Assembly (NCBI GenBank): GCA_020061305.1
Contig: JAGUYM010000014.1
Location: 117,920 to 181,919, forward strand
DNA: 64,000 bases
Direction of reading: 5' to 3'
From: Candidatus Woesebacteria bacterium
Lineage (GTDB): Bacteria > Patescibacteriota > Microgenomatia > UBA8517
Below, piece by piece: positions 1-9,122 of this stretch (position 1 is the first letter of the stretch; every line of letters starts with the position of its first letter). The notes beneath the pieces are model-generated. The model did not search any database and had not been told where the DNA came from. It was given only the letters and a program-made list of their open reading frames with translations. A program made the translations under genes and the position numbers.

Positions 1-158
1 ATAAAATTTGGTCTAAATTTTTGTTGTGGAATTAAATCTTGACCCGTAATTGGTTTTTCTTTGATAAGTATATTTCTTAGGAAAAAACCAGAATAAAATG
101 AGGTTAAAACTACAACTACAACAGATGTAACGATTAGTATATATGTTTTAGTTGACAT
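1..158 (-). CDS. partial ORF (N-terminal ~52 aa, continues past the window start) with a hydrophobic N-terminus; putative membrane protein
   Basis: manual minus-strand translation from ATG at 158-156 gives MSTKTYILIVTSVVVVVLTSFYSGFF...; overlaps the stop of the upstream gene by 11 nt; absent from the ORF track because it is truncated. Confidence 0.25.
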   Translation of the reverse strand, partial: MSTKTYILIVTSVVVVVLTSFYSGFFLRNILIKEKPITGQDLIPQQKFRPNF

Positions 159-1452
159 TAATCTTTTTGAATACAAACAAACTTCCAAATAATACGCTAA
201 TTCCAAACATGAATAAGCCAATGGTTGGTGTCAAGCTACCGGTTTCTGGGGTTGATTTTGGACTAGAGCTGGCTGATTGGGAGGCCACAGGTGTAGTTGA
301 TGCTTTTGTTGTTGCAGGTGGTGAGGCAGAATTTATAGGTGTAGCTGACGGGGTCGACACAAAAGCTGGGCCTTCAGCTGCTTGAACTATAAAACTTCTG
401 GTAATGGTTCTTACAATTCCTGCCGTGTCAGTCCATTTTAAAGTTAATTTATGTTCTCCTGGCTCTAGATTGTTTGGAGGACTCCAGATCCACTTACCTT
501 GAGAATTAGTAGAAACTGTTGCCGACTGCAGTTCTGATTCTATGGTAACTTCCAAATCTAGATTTTTTGGTCCAGTTCCAAAAAATTCCGGATCAGTTGT
601 TGTTATGATTTCGCCATCTTCGATAGATTCCACGGTAACAGTTGTTTCTTGCGTTTGGCTCGGACTTTTGGTTATTTCAAACCTTGATGATTTTTCAATA
701 GCTTCTGGGACAGAAAGGGAACTCTGAGGCAAGTTTTGGTTATCTGTTGTTTCAATGTTTCTAAAATCATAGGTTTTGCCTATTACCATAACAGGAATGG
801 CTTTTAATAACGAAACTTTTGCAACTGCTGAGGTACTATTGTTTAATTCTGAAACCGCATTGATTTCGGCAATTTGAGTCTCTGACACATTTTCTAGATA
901 TTGAGCTAAAGGAATAACAAAATTTCCTTGACTAGAAGTAAGCGATGACACGGTTTTACCATTTATTGTTATATAGACAAGAGCTTTAGCCGGGGTTGAA
1001 TTTGTTTCATTTAAAATTGTGCCTGATGCAACCGGTAGATTTCCGGAAACAATTGGGCTCCCTAATGTATTAAACAACCATGGTGTGCCATTATTATCAA
1101 AATCTTTTCCTCCGGAATTTATTTTAAAAAAAACTTGCTTTCCTGCCTCAATACCTAAAATGTTTATAGAATGAACTAAAGATTTTTCATTTGTCTCATT
1201 TAGGGCAACTTTGGACAAAGAACCTTGTGATGTTCCCCATTTGACAAAACCTGAAGATTCCTTAGCAGTTACCCATGTTATTGTAGCCTGGCTATCGGTA
1301 ATGTTGGTTACTTTTATGTCATTTGGGACAACATCAACATCTGCTCCGATTTTGAAAGTTTGATTTGAGTTAATTAAAAACACACCAGAGACTATTCCTA
1401 GAATCAGTATAAAGATTCCGATGATGGTTGGTAACTTAAGGGTTTTTTTCAT
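148..1452 (-). CDS. cell-surface protein with N-terminal signal/TM, fibronectin-III-like repeats, Ser/Thr/Pro-rich stalk and a C-terminal sortase-type sorting signal (TPETG + hydrophobic helix + KK tail)
   Basis: N-term MKKTLKLPTIIGIFILILGIVSG; motif ATITW...GFVKWGTS; C-term ...SSPKSTPETGSLTPTIGLFMFGISVLFGSLFVFKKINVN. Confidence 0.55.
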   Translation of the reverse strand: MKKTLKLPTIIGIFILILGIVSGVFLINSNQTFKIGADVDVVPNDIKVTNITDSQATITWVTAKESSGFVKWGTSQGSLSKVALNETNEKSLVHSINILGIEAGKQVFFKINSGGKDFDNNGTPWLFNTLGSPIVSGNLPVASGTILNETNSTPAKALVYITINGKTVSSLTSSQGNFVIPLAQYLENVSETQIAEINAVSELNNSTSAVAKVSLLKAIPVMVIGKTYDFRNIETTDNQNLPQSSLSVPEAIEKSSRFEITKSPSQTQETTVTVESIEDGEIITTTDPEFFGTGPKNLDLEVTIESELQSATVSTNSQGKWIWSPPNNLEPGEHKLTLKWTDTAGIVRTITRSFIVQAAEGPAFVSTPSATPINSASPPATTKASTTPVASQSASSSPKSTPETGSLTPTIGLFMFGISVLFGSLFVFKKINVN

Positions 1453-1633
1453 TGATGGTTTTTATGGTTGCTTCATCAAGTCTGGGATTAATTTCCAAAA
1501 GTAATTCTTCGGGTACGGTTTCACTGGGTTTTTCAGAGAAAACCCTATAAACTGAGAATGAAACCCAAAAAACAACCGTGATGGCGGTTAATATTAGAAG
1601 TATAATTATATTTGGTAATTTATTTTTTTTCAT
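1436..1633 (-). CDS. small single-pass membrane protein in the pilN/pilO operon (possible pilus accessory protein)
   Basis: 65 aa with TM helix IIILLILTAITVVFWVSFSV; start overlaps the pilO-like stop and its end overlaps the downstream start (translational coupling). Confidence 0.35.
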   Translation of the reverse strand: MKKNKLPNIIILLILTAITVVFWVSFSVYRVFSEKPSETVPEELLLEINPRLDEATIKTINEKNP

Positions 1634-2295
1634 CAGTTTTTTTCTATTTCCAAAATAAATGGCGCTCTACCATTAATTGTAAGATTAACACTTCTGCCCG
1701 TATCAGATGATGTCGAATTAAGGGTTAGTCCGTCTATTTTTACAGGTCTCCTAAATTTTTCAACATCTTCGATAAATGCAAAAATGCTAGGATAATCACT
1801 GGCTTTTAAAGTGAGGGTAAACTTAAGCTCGTTTGCACTAATTTGGTTACCCACATTTTTCTTTGATTTTATTGTTTCTCCTCCAACAATTTGTGTATCC
1901 GATGTGGAAAAACTGGTTATGGAAACCGAGTTCGATAAGGCAGTATTTTCAATTTGTTTGATGAAAAAATCAGTTTGGGCAGACTTTGGAACGGCCTGAT
2001 TAATAAGTGTCAGACTTGAAACATTATCCTGTAAAACATTGCTTGCAGTTTGCAAATTTCTAATTTTAGTCTGCATTTTAAAAACGGTGTTTTCTTTTGA
2101 TTTTATTTCTTTATTTAATTCAAGAATTGTGATAACTGTTGGCTTTATTGCAAATAGAGAAAATCCAATTATGGTGACAATTGACAATATCAATTCTAAG
2201 TAGGCTCTAACATTTGGTTTTGCATTATATAATGACCAAATGTTAAGGAAAAAACTTTTATATCTGGCATAGTCTTGTTTCCAATTATTTTTCAT
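1633..2295 (-). CDS. pilO: PilO-like type IV pilus inner-membrane assembly protein
   Basis: ~220 aa with a short cytoplasmic N-term, single TM (LELILSIVTIIGFSLFAI), coiled-coil then a beta-rich C-domain; lies 4 nt downstream of the pilN-like gene. Confidence 0.45.
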   Translation of the reverse strand: MKNNWKQDYARYKSFFLNIWSLYNAKPNVRAYLELILSIVTIIGFSLFAIKPTVITILELNKEIKSKENTVFKMQTKIRNLQTASNVLQDNVSSLTLINQAVPKSAQTDFFIKQIENTALSNSVSITSFSTSDTQIVGGETIKSKKNVGNQISANELKFTLTLKASDYPSIFAFIEDVEKFRRPVKIDGLTLNSTSSDTGRSVNLTINGRAPFILEIEKN

Positions 2296-2298
2296 GAT

Positions 2299-2862
2299 TT
2301 ATTTTTTTCTCAAATTTGTAAAATTAGTTTTAGCCGAAATTCCAAAAACAAAAGCCAAACCACCGTCTTGACCAGATGATATCTGGGACAGTGTTACATT
2401 TGTCAGCCAGCCAAGGCTTTCAAGATTTGCGATAAATTGCGCAATTTCAGGCTCGCTTAAAGACGAGGCTTTTATCTGGACACCATCTTCATTAAATGTT
2501 ATTGAATTTAAGACAATGTTTTCAGAAACATTAGAACTAATTGAGGAGATTGCTTTAGAATGGTTTTGATCTAAGTACAAATTTTTAGCGATTTCAAGCT
2601 GTTTTTGTACCAACCTAAAATCAGATTCGACTTTTGAGTATGCTTTAATTTGTGATTTACTTACATTTAAAATTTCATTTAAATCAGAATTTTTGGCATC
2701 AAGCCAAAAACGAGACAAAAAAGCGCCCATTACTATAAGTTCAGTTGCAATAACCATCACTCTAAAGGTCGAAAGTGCCCATTTTAAAATTCTACCAAAG
2801 GTTGAAGATTCAAAATCATCCGAGGGAAGCAGATTGATTATTTTATTCTTGATTTTGGGCAT
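2299..2862 (-). CDS. pilN: PilN-like type IV pilus assembly protein
   Basis: N-terminal INLLP motif (MPKIKNKIINLLP), the conserved PilM-binding peptide of PilN, followed by one TM helix and a periplasmic coiled-coil domain; 187 aa. Confidence 0.6.
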   Translation of the reverse strand: MPKIKNKIINLLPSDDFESSTFGRILKWALSTFRVMVIATELIVMGAFLSRFWLDAKNSDLNEILNVSKSQIKAYSKVESDFRLVQKQLEIAKNLYLDQNHSKAISSISSNVSENIVLNSITFNEDGVQIKASSLSEPEIAQFIANLESLGWLTNVTLSQISSGQDGGLAFVFGISAKTNFTNLRKK

Positions 2863-2924
2863 ATTTCCAATATATCATATAAGCAAAGCTTGGCCAACCA
2901 TCAAGTTAGCGAAAAACAAAGTTA

Positions 2925-3158
2925 TCACTCAGCTATTTTTGAGAGTCTGGATTTTATTCTTGAAGCTTTGTTTTTGTGAATAACATTTCTTTTTGCTGCC
3001 TTGTCCGCTAAAGATGTCGCACTTAAGATGTCCTTATTTAATTTAGACTTTTTAGCATTTTTTAATGCGGAATCAAGCAAAGCTAAAACCCTTTTATTGA
3101 TTGATTCTTTTCTTTTTGATGACCTCAGTGCTCTTTTGGCTGTTTTAGTAACCGGCAT
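2925..3158 (-). CDS. rpsT: 30S ribosomal protein S20
   Basis: MPVTKTAKRALRSSKRKESINKRVL...VIHKNKASRIKSRLSKIAE matches S20; the start is trimmed to the internal ATG at 3158, whereas the ORF-track start 3257 is an upstream in-frame extension. Confidence 0.85.
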   Translation of the reverse strand: MPVTKTAKRALRSSKRKESINKRVLALLDSALKNAKKSKLNKDILSATSLADKAAKRNVIHKNKASRIKSRLSKIAE

Positions 3159-3180
3159 GAGGGTAGTATAATCAAAAAAA

Positions 3181-4875
3181 ATGAGATTGGCAATTGATAA
3201 ATTTAAAATACTTTTTTTTAAACAACAGCACTCTATTTTGTCTGCAGCAACCCTCATAATGGGGATGATCGTTTTTTCAAGGTTGTTGGGTCTTGTTCGC
3301 CAAAGAGTATTGGCACATTATTTTAATGCCTCAGAACTTTCTTTGTTTTTTGCTGCCTTTAGATTACCTGATACACTTTTTGAAGTATTAGTTTTTGGAA
3401 CATTTGCCTCTGCTTTCATTCCTGTCTTTACAAAGCTTTTAAAAAAAGAGAAAGAAGATGATCATGGAGAGGCATGGAAACTTGCAGGAGTAATTACCAA
3501 CTGGGGGGGGTTGCTTTTTATAATTTTGGCTGTACTTTTTATAGCATTAGCTCATCCAATTTACAAATTGATAACCCCGGGTTTTGGGTCTATTGAGCAG
3601 GAAAAAATTGTGGAAATAGCAAGAATTCTTTTTGCCGCTCAAGGATTTTTTGTGGTTTCATATGTACTAACTGCAGTTTTAGAATCATCTAAAAGATTTT
3701 TGATTCCTGCACTTGCCCCGCTTTTTTATAACTTGGGAATTATCGTTACTACAATTTTGTTCGCCCAAGATCTACATTTGATGGCTCCAACGATAGGGGT
3801 TGTAATTGGTGCACTGTCTCATTTTTTAGTACAAATGCCCTTTGCCTATAAATTAGGGTTTAGATTTACAAAAAGTTTGGAAATAACTACAGATGTCAAA
3901 AAAATTGTAAAACTTGCAATACCCAGAATTCTCGAAGTATCATTTTTACAGGTATCTAAATTTGTGGAGTTGACTTTGGCCACTTTAATTTCAGTCCCTG
4001 CATACACATATTATATGTTTGGGAACACGATTCAACTTTTGCCAGTTGGTTTGTTTGGAACTGCAATAGCCAAGGCCGCACTCCCTACACTGGTTAGAAA
4101 ATCTGACGATTTGGATGAGTTTAAAAAAGTCTTGTATCAGACATTAAACCAGATAATGTTTTTAATGACTCCAGTAGTTGCTTTTTTGATGGTCGCTCGT
4201 GTTCCTGTGGTTAGGCTTATTTTTGGTACTGATATATTCACATGGGACGCAACCGTTCAAACATCATTAGTTGTTTCTGCCTTCGCCTTTGGAATATTTG
4301 CCCAAAGTATAAATGCCATTTTGGCCAGAAGTTTTTACGCTCTAACAGATACCAAAACCCCAGTTATTGTGTCATCAGCAACCCTTTTAGTAAATATAGT
4401 TATAGATTATTTGTTAGTCGTAGTTTATAAACTTCCTGTTTGGAGTTTGGCAGCAGCTTTTTCTTTTTCATCAATTATCCAGTCATTCGCCTTATATATT
4501 TTAATGTCTAAAAGGGTTCACAATGGAGCGAGGTCTGCACTTTATTTGCCTGTTCTTAAATGCCTTGTTGCAGGTTTAACTTCTGGTATTACCATGTTTT
4601 TTATCTTAAAATTTTTTGATAAATCTGTCTGGATTAAAAAAGTTTCGTTTATATCAAATCTGAATCTACCATTTGAGAACTTTGTTTTGGATACAAGATA
4701 TGCCGGAAATTTATTAATACTTACCGTTTTTGTCGGAATTACGGGTTTGGTAATTTATATTTTGATTTTAAAATTACTGAAATCAAAGGAATTAGATGTT
4801 TTTTGGAGGTTAATAAATAGAATGTTTACAGGAAAAACCATGCCCGATCCCCAAACTGAAAACCCAACGGTATAA
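3181..4875 (+). CDS. murJ: lipid II flippase MurJ (MviN family)
   Basis: N-terminal MurJ signature ...FSRLLGLVRQRVLAHYFNASELSLFFAAFRLPDTLFEVLVFGTFASAFIPVF, 14 predicted TM segments; TATAAT at 3167-3172 suggests a very short leader; an alternative start at the internal Met (MGMIVFSR) is possible. Confidence 0.8.
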   Translation: MRLAIDKFKILFFKQQHSILSAATLIMGMIVFSRLLGLVRQRVLAHYFNASELSLFFAAFRLPDTLFEVLVFGTFASAFIPVFTKLLKKEKEDDHGEAWKLAGVITNWGGLLFIILAVLFIALAHPIYKLITPGFGSIEQEKIVEIARILFAAQGFFVVSYVLTAVLESSKRFLIPALAPLFYNLGIIVTTILFAQDLHLMAPTIGVVIGALSHFLVQMPFAYKLGFRFTKSLEITTDVKKIVKLAIPRILEVSFLQVSKFVELTLATLISVPAYTYYMFGNTIQLLPVGLFGTAIAKAALPTLVRKSDDLDEFKKVLYQTLNQIMFLMTPVVAFLMVARVPVVRLIFGTDIFTWDATVQTSLVVSAFAFGIFAQSINAILARSFYALTDTKTPVIVSSATLLVNIVIDYLLVVVYKLPVWSLAAAFSFSSIIQSFALYILMSKRVHNGARSALYLPVLKCLVAGLTSGITMFFILKFFDKSVWIKKVSFISNLNLPFENFVLDTRYAGNLLILTVFVGITGLVIYILILKLLKSKELDVFWRLINRMFTGKTMPDPQTENPTV

Positions 4876-4881
4876 AACCCC

Positions 4882-4919
4882 TTGACAAAGGGTTAGCACT
4901 CGTGGTATAAAACTGCTAA
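4882..4919 (+). promoter_or_regulatory. sigma70-like promoter (TTGACA 4882-4887, 18-bp spacer, TATAAA 4906-4911) overlapped by a CIRCE inverted repeat (TTAGCACTC-N9-AACTGCTAA, 4893-4919), the HrcA operator
   Basis: left arm is a perfect CIRCE half-site; right arm matches 7/9; it sits directly upstream of hrcA-grpE-dnaK-dnaJ. Confidence 0.7.
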
Positions 4920-4925
4920 TAGACT

Positions 4926-5651
4926 ATGAATGCACTATCTTCAAGGCAAACACAAATTTTAAAGGCATTAATTGATGAATATATTGAAACCGCGCTTCCC
5001 GTTGGAAGTGAAGCAATGGATAAAAAATATAACCTTGGTGTTTCACCTGCAACAATTAGAAACGAAATGGCTTATCTGACAAAATCGGGTTATTTAAAAC
5101 AACCCCACACTTCTGCAGGTAGAGTTCCTACTCCCACTGCAATGAAATTCTATGTTGATCAATTGATGGAGGAAAAATCATTAAGTCTCGCAGATGAAGT
5201 AAAAGCAAAAGAGGAAATTTGGGATGTTAAAGACAATTTGGATAAATTAATGGACGAAATGACCCATTCATTGGCTCATAGGACAGGAGGAATTGCTGTT
5301 GCTGCTACGGATGATGGCGATTTTTGGCAGGCTGGTTATGCCAATGTTTTTTCTCACCCTGAATTTTCGGACATTCACACTTGTTCTTCAATCTTTGAGT
5401 TTATAGACAATGATGAGGATATGCTTGATCTATTTTTCAATAGATTTCCAATAGAATCACCTTTTGAGGTTTTGTTTGCTGAAGAAATGGGTATTAAAAA
5501 TTTTCCTGTTGGGATTGTTGCTGCCCATTTTAAGGCTAAAGATAAAAATGGAGCTTTGGGTGTAATTGGGCCGGTTAGACAGTCATACCAAAGAGTGGTG
5601 CCAACAATTAGATATTACAGGGACATGCTGGAGGAACTGATGAGGCTATGA
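4926..5651 (+). CDS. hrcA: heat-inducible transcription repressor HrcA (compact form, 241 aa)
   Basis: N-terminal winged-helix LSSRQTQILKALIDEYIETALPVGSEAMDKKYNLGVSPATIRNEMAYLTKSGYLKQPHTSAGRVPT; position upstream of grpE-dnaK-dnaJ; CIRCE in its own promoter. Confidence 0.8.
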   Translation: MNALSSRQTQILKALIDEYIETALPVGSEAMDKKYNLGVSPATIRNEMAYLTKSGYLKQPHTSAGRVPTPTAMKFYVDQLMEEKSLSLADEVKAKEEIWDVKDNLDKLMDEMTHSLAHRTGGIAVAATDDGDFWQAGYANVFSHPEFSDIHTCSSIFEFIDNDEDMLDLFFNRFPIESPFEVLFAEEMGIKNFPVGIVAAHFKAKDKNGALGVIGPVRQSYQRVVPTIRYYRDMLEELMRL

Positions 5652-6178
5652 CAAAAAATCAAAAAACTAAAAAATTAAAAACCCAAGTTGAAAACGCGGA
5701 GCAGAATGATTTGAAGAATCAGTTGGTAAGGGTAATGGCAGATTATGATAACCTTAAAAAAAGAAGCGAAGATGAACGAAATCAAATGTATAAATTGGCA
5801 AGTATCTCTTTTTTTGGCAAGTTATTACCCATAATCGATAATTTAAAATCGGCGCAAAATCATATAAAAGATAGTGGAATCGCAATTATTATAGGTCAGC
5901 TTGAAACGCTCGCTCGTGAAGAAGGGTTTGAAGAAATAAAAATAGATGTTGGTGATGACTTTAATCATGAGACAATGGAAGTTATTGAGACTATTGAAAC
6001 TAAAGAAGAAAAAGATAATAATAACAATACCAACATGGATGGCAAGGTCGCAGAGGTGGTACAGAGTGGATGGAGACATGCTGGTTCACCAGGACTTGGT
6101 GAGGATGGTGCAACAATAGTCCGTCATGCAAGAGTCAAGGTTTACAAATATAAAAAGGAGGAAAAAATAAATGAGTAA
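5648..6178 (+). CDS. grpE: nucleotide exchange factor GrpE
   Basis: coiled-coil N-term + GrpE core ([24 protein letters not shown]...IIDNLKSA...); ATGA overlap with hrcA. Confidence 0.85.
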   Translation: MTKNQKTKKLKTQVENAEQNDLKNQLVRVMADYDNLKKRSEDERNQMYKLASISFFGKLLPIIDNLKSAQNHIKDSGIAIIIGQLETLAREEGFEEIKIDVGDDFNHETMEVIETIETKEEKDNNNNTNMDGKVAEVVQSGWRHAGSPGLGEDGATIVRHARVKVYKYKKEEKINE

Positions 6179-8069
6179 AATAATTGGAATTGATTTAGGA
6201 ACAACTAATTCGTGTGTTGCTGTAATGGAAGGTGGACAACCTAAAGTTATCCCCGCTTCCGATACTGGCAAAAACACCACCCCCTCTGTTGTTGAAGTTG
6301 TTAAGAATCTCGTTGGCGATGTTGCTAAAAGACAAATGATTTTAAATCCTTCAAATACAATTGCTTCTGTTAAAAGATTGATGGGTAGACGAGAAGATGA
6401 CAAGGAAGTAACAAGAACCAAAAAGATGGTTTCATATAAAATTGTTGCTGGTAAAAATGGAATGGCCGAGGTTGAGATTGATGGTAAAGCATATACTCCA
6501 CAGGAAATATCGGCTCGTGTTTTAATGAAACTTAAAAAAGATGCTGAAAAGTATCTAGGAGAGGAAGTAACTTCAGCAGTTATTACGGTTCCTGCATATT
6601 TTGATGACTCACAAAGGCAAGCAACAAAACAAGCAGGTGAAATCGCGGGGCTTAAAGTTGAAAGAATTATTAATGAGCCTACAGCTGCAGCCCTTGCTTA
6701 TGGTTTAGACAAGAAAAATGCACATAAAATTGCAGTTTATGATTTGGGTGGTGGAACATTTGATATTTCAATTTTAGAGCTTGGTGACGGTATCTTTGAA
6801 GTCAAGTCAACCAATGGAGATACTCATCTAGGGGGAGATGATTTTGACGAAAAGTTAGTTGATTATATTGCTGAAGAATTTAAGAAAGATAATGCAGTTG
6901 ATTTAAGGTTGGATAAACAAGCTCTTCAAAGAATAAGAGATGCCGCGGAAAAAGCAAAAATAGAACTAACCGCTTCTGAAGAAGTTGAAATAAATCAACC
7001 CTATATTACTCAAAAGGATGGTCAACCACTTCATTTAACAATGAAGCTCACAAGAGCCAAATTTGAAAGTCTAGTTGATGGTTTGGTTCAAAAAACTATA
7101 AAACCGGTTGAAGATGCGTTAAAAGATGCAAAACTTAAAGCATCCGACATTGATGAGATTGTTTTGGTCGGAGGTATGACTAGAATGCCAAAAGTTATTG
7201 AAACAGTTAAAAACTTCTTTGGTAAAGAGCCTAATAAATCAGTAAATCCAGATGAGGTTGTTGCGGTCGGAGCGGCAATTCAAGCAGGAGTACTAGCAGG
7301 AGATGTCAAAGATATACTTCTTTTAGATGTTACTCCTCTAACTTTAGCTATTGAAACAATGGGAGGAGTTGCAACCCCAATGATTCCAAGGAATACAACT
7401 GTTCCAACTTCTAAAACTGAAGTTTTTTCAACTGCTGCAGATAACCAAACACAAGTAGAGATAAATATTACTCAAGGTGAACGACCATTGTCTGCGGACA
7501 ACAAGTCTTTAGGTAGATTTATTCTTGATGGTATTCCACCAGCTCCAAGGGGTATACCACAGGTTGAAGTTACATTTGATTTGGATGCGAATGGAATTTT
7601 GACGGTTACAGCAAAAGATAAAGCTACCGGTAAATCTCAAAATATTAAGATTACAGGTTCTGTTGGTCTTTCGGAGGATGAAGTCAAGAAAGCTCAGGAA
7701 GAAGCAGAAAGACACAAAGCGGAAGATGAAAAGAAAGCAGAGATTATCAAAGCGAAAAACAATGCGGATGCTATGGTAACGACTGCCGAAAAGGCACTGA
7801 AGGATGTTGGAGATAAAACACCAGCGGATGTTAAAACAAAAGTAGAAGACAAAATAAAGGCAGTTAAAGAGACTCTTTCAAAAGATTCTACAAAGGAAGA
7901 ATTAGAAAAAGTTACGAAAGAATTATCAGACACCCTTTCTGAAGTGGGCCAACAGATGTATTCCGCACAAGGCGGACAAGAACAAGAAAATAATGAAAAT
8001 GGTGGTGAGCCTAAAACTGAAGATAAGAAAAAAGACGAGCAGGTGGAAGAAGGACAGGTTGTAGAATAA
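6171..8069 (+). CDS. dnaK: molecular chaperone DnaK (Hsp70)
   Basis: [33 protein letters not shown] motifs; GGAGG Shine-Dalgarno upstream. Confidence 0.95.
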   Translation: MSKIIGIDLGTTNSCVAVMEGGQPKVIPASDTGKNTTPSVVEVVKNLVGDVAKRQMILNPSNTIASVKRLMGRREDDKEVTRTKKMVSYKIVAGKNGMAEVEIDGKAYTPQEISARVLMKLKKDAEKYLGEEVTSAVITVPAYFDDSQRQATKQAGEIAGLKVERIINEPTAAALAYGLDKKNAHKIAVYDLGGGTFDISILELGDGIFEVKSTNGDTHLGGDDFDEKLVDYIAEEFKKDNAVDLRLDKQALQRIRDAAEKAKIELTASEEVEINQPYITQKDGQPLHLTMKLTRAKFESLVDGLVQKTIKPVEDALKDAKLKASDIDEIVLVGGMTRMPKVIETVKNFFGKEPNKSVNPDEVVAVGAAIQAGVLAGDVKDILLLDVTPLTLAIETMGGVATPMIPRNTTVPTSKTEVFSTAADNQTQVEINITQGERPLSADNKSLGRFILDGIPPAPRGIPQVEVTFDLDANGILTVTAKDKATGKSQNIKITGSVGLSEDEVKKAQEEAERHKAEDEKKAEIIKAKNNADAMVTTAEKALKDVGDKTPADVKTKVEDKIKAVKETLSKDSTKEELEKVTKELSDTLSEVGQQMYSAQGGQEQENNENGGEPKTEDKKKDEQVEEGQVVE

Positions 8070-8075
8070 CTCCAA

Positions 8076-8948
8076 ATGTCTATTAAAAATGATTACTATG
8101 ATATTCTGGGGGTAAATAAATCTGCTAACGCCCAGGAGATTAAAGCTGCATATAGAAAAAAAGCCCTAGAGTGGCATCCTGACAGACACCAAGGAAGTGA
8201 TAAAGAAGAAGCTGAAAAAAAATTTAAAGAAATAAACGAGGCTTACCAAATACTTTCCGATACTTCAAAAAGACAAGCATATGATCAATTTGGACATGAT
8301 GCTTTTGCACCTGGGGGTGGAGGCAATCCATTTGCAGGAGGAGGTTTTGGTGGGCGAACCGGACCATTTACATATACTTGGTCATCTAGTGGTGGACAAA
8401 ATCCCTTTGGGAATATGGATTTTGGGGACCCGTTTGACATCTTTGAAAGTTTTTTTGGTGGAGGTTCTCCATTTAGACAACAAAGACAAGTTCCAAGATA
8501 TTCTGTGAAGCTTAGCTTCATGGAAGCCGTTAATGGTGTTACTAAAGAATTTGAAATTGAAGATAAAAAAAGAAAAATAAAAATCCCTGCGGGGGTTGAT
8601 GAAGGGACAAGAATTAATTTTGGTGATTTTATGCTTTCAATAAATGTGGCTCCCCATGAATTTTTTGAAAGAGATGGCCAGGATATTTATGTTAATGTGA
8701 CAGTCCCCTACTCAATGGCAGTATTAGGTGGAACTATAAAAGTTCCGACCATAGATGGTGAAATTAAAATAAAAGTTCGGGCGGGAACAAAATCGGGGAC
8801 AATGATAAGGTTAAAAGGACAAGGAGTAGTTTCAACCCACAGTAGATCACGAGGTGACCAATATGTGAAATTAAACATATCGATTCCTGTGAAACTTACA
8901 CGGACACAAAAAAGAATAATTGATGATTTGAAGGAAGAAGGTTTGTGA
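8076..8948 (+). CDS. dnaJ: DnaJ-family co-chaperone, type II (J domain + G/F region + C-terminal domains, no Cys-rich zinc-finger domain)
   Basis: DYYDILGV...HPDR J domain with HPD; Gly/Phe-rich linker; no CxxCxGxG repeats. Confidence 0.8.
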   Translation: MSIKNDYYDILGVNKSANAQEIKAAYRKKALEWHPDRHQGSDKEEAEKKFKEINEAYQILSDTSKRQAYDQFGHDAFAPGGGGNPFAGGGFGGRTGPFTYTWSSSGGQNPFGNMDFGDPFDIFESFFGGGSPFRQQRQVPRYSVKLSFMEAVNGVTKEFEIEDKKRKIKIPAGVDEGTRINFGDFMLSINVAPHEFFERDGQDIYVNVTVPYSMAVLGGTIKVPTIDGEIKIKVRAGTKSGTMIRLKGQGVVSTHSRSRGDQYVKLNISIPVKLTRTQKRIIDDLKEEGL

Positions 8949-9085
8949 TAATATGATTATGTTATAAATTATGTCAAGTGAACTCAATAAAACCTTAAAA
9001 CCTAAAGCCAAAGTTTAAACTGACATCAATACTTCCGCATCCAAAAAATAGTGAAAAGTCAAATTTAATATAGTTTTCATTCTCA

Positions 9086-9114
9086 TTGACCGCAAGCCTC
9101 CTTTACTGTAGAAT
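9086..9114 (+). promoter_or_regulatory. sigma70-like promoter for nusA (TTGACC-17-TAGAAT); predicted transcription start is 1-2 nt before the ATG (leaderless)
   Basis: hexamers at 9086-9091 and 9109-9114; ATG at 9123. Confidence 0.5.
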
Positions 9115-9122
9115 TCAGTACT

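Noticed and set aside
152-727. Plus-strand ORFs 152-385 and 542-727 overlapping the surface-protein gene
   Set aside because: They are antisense to a long ORF that has a coherent signal-peptide, repeat and sorting-signal architecture; no promoter or RBS.
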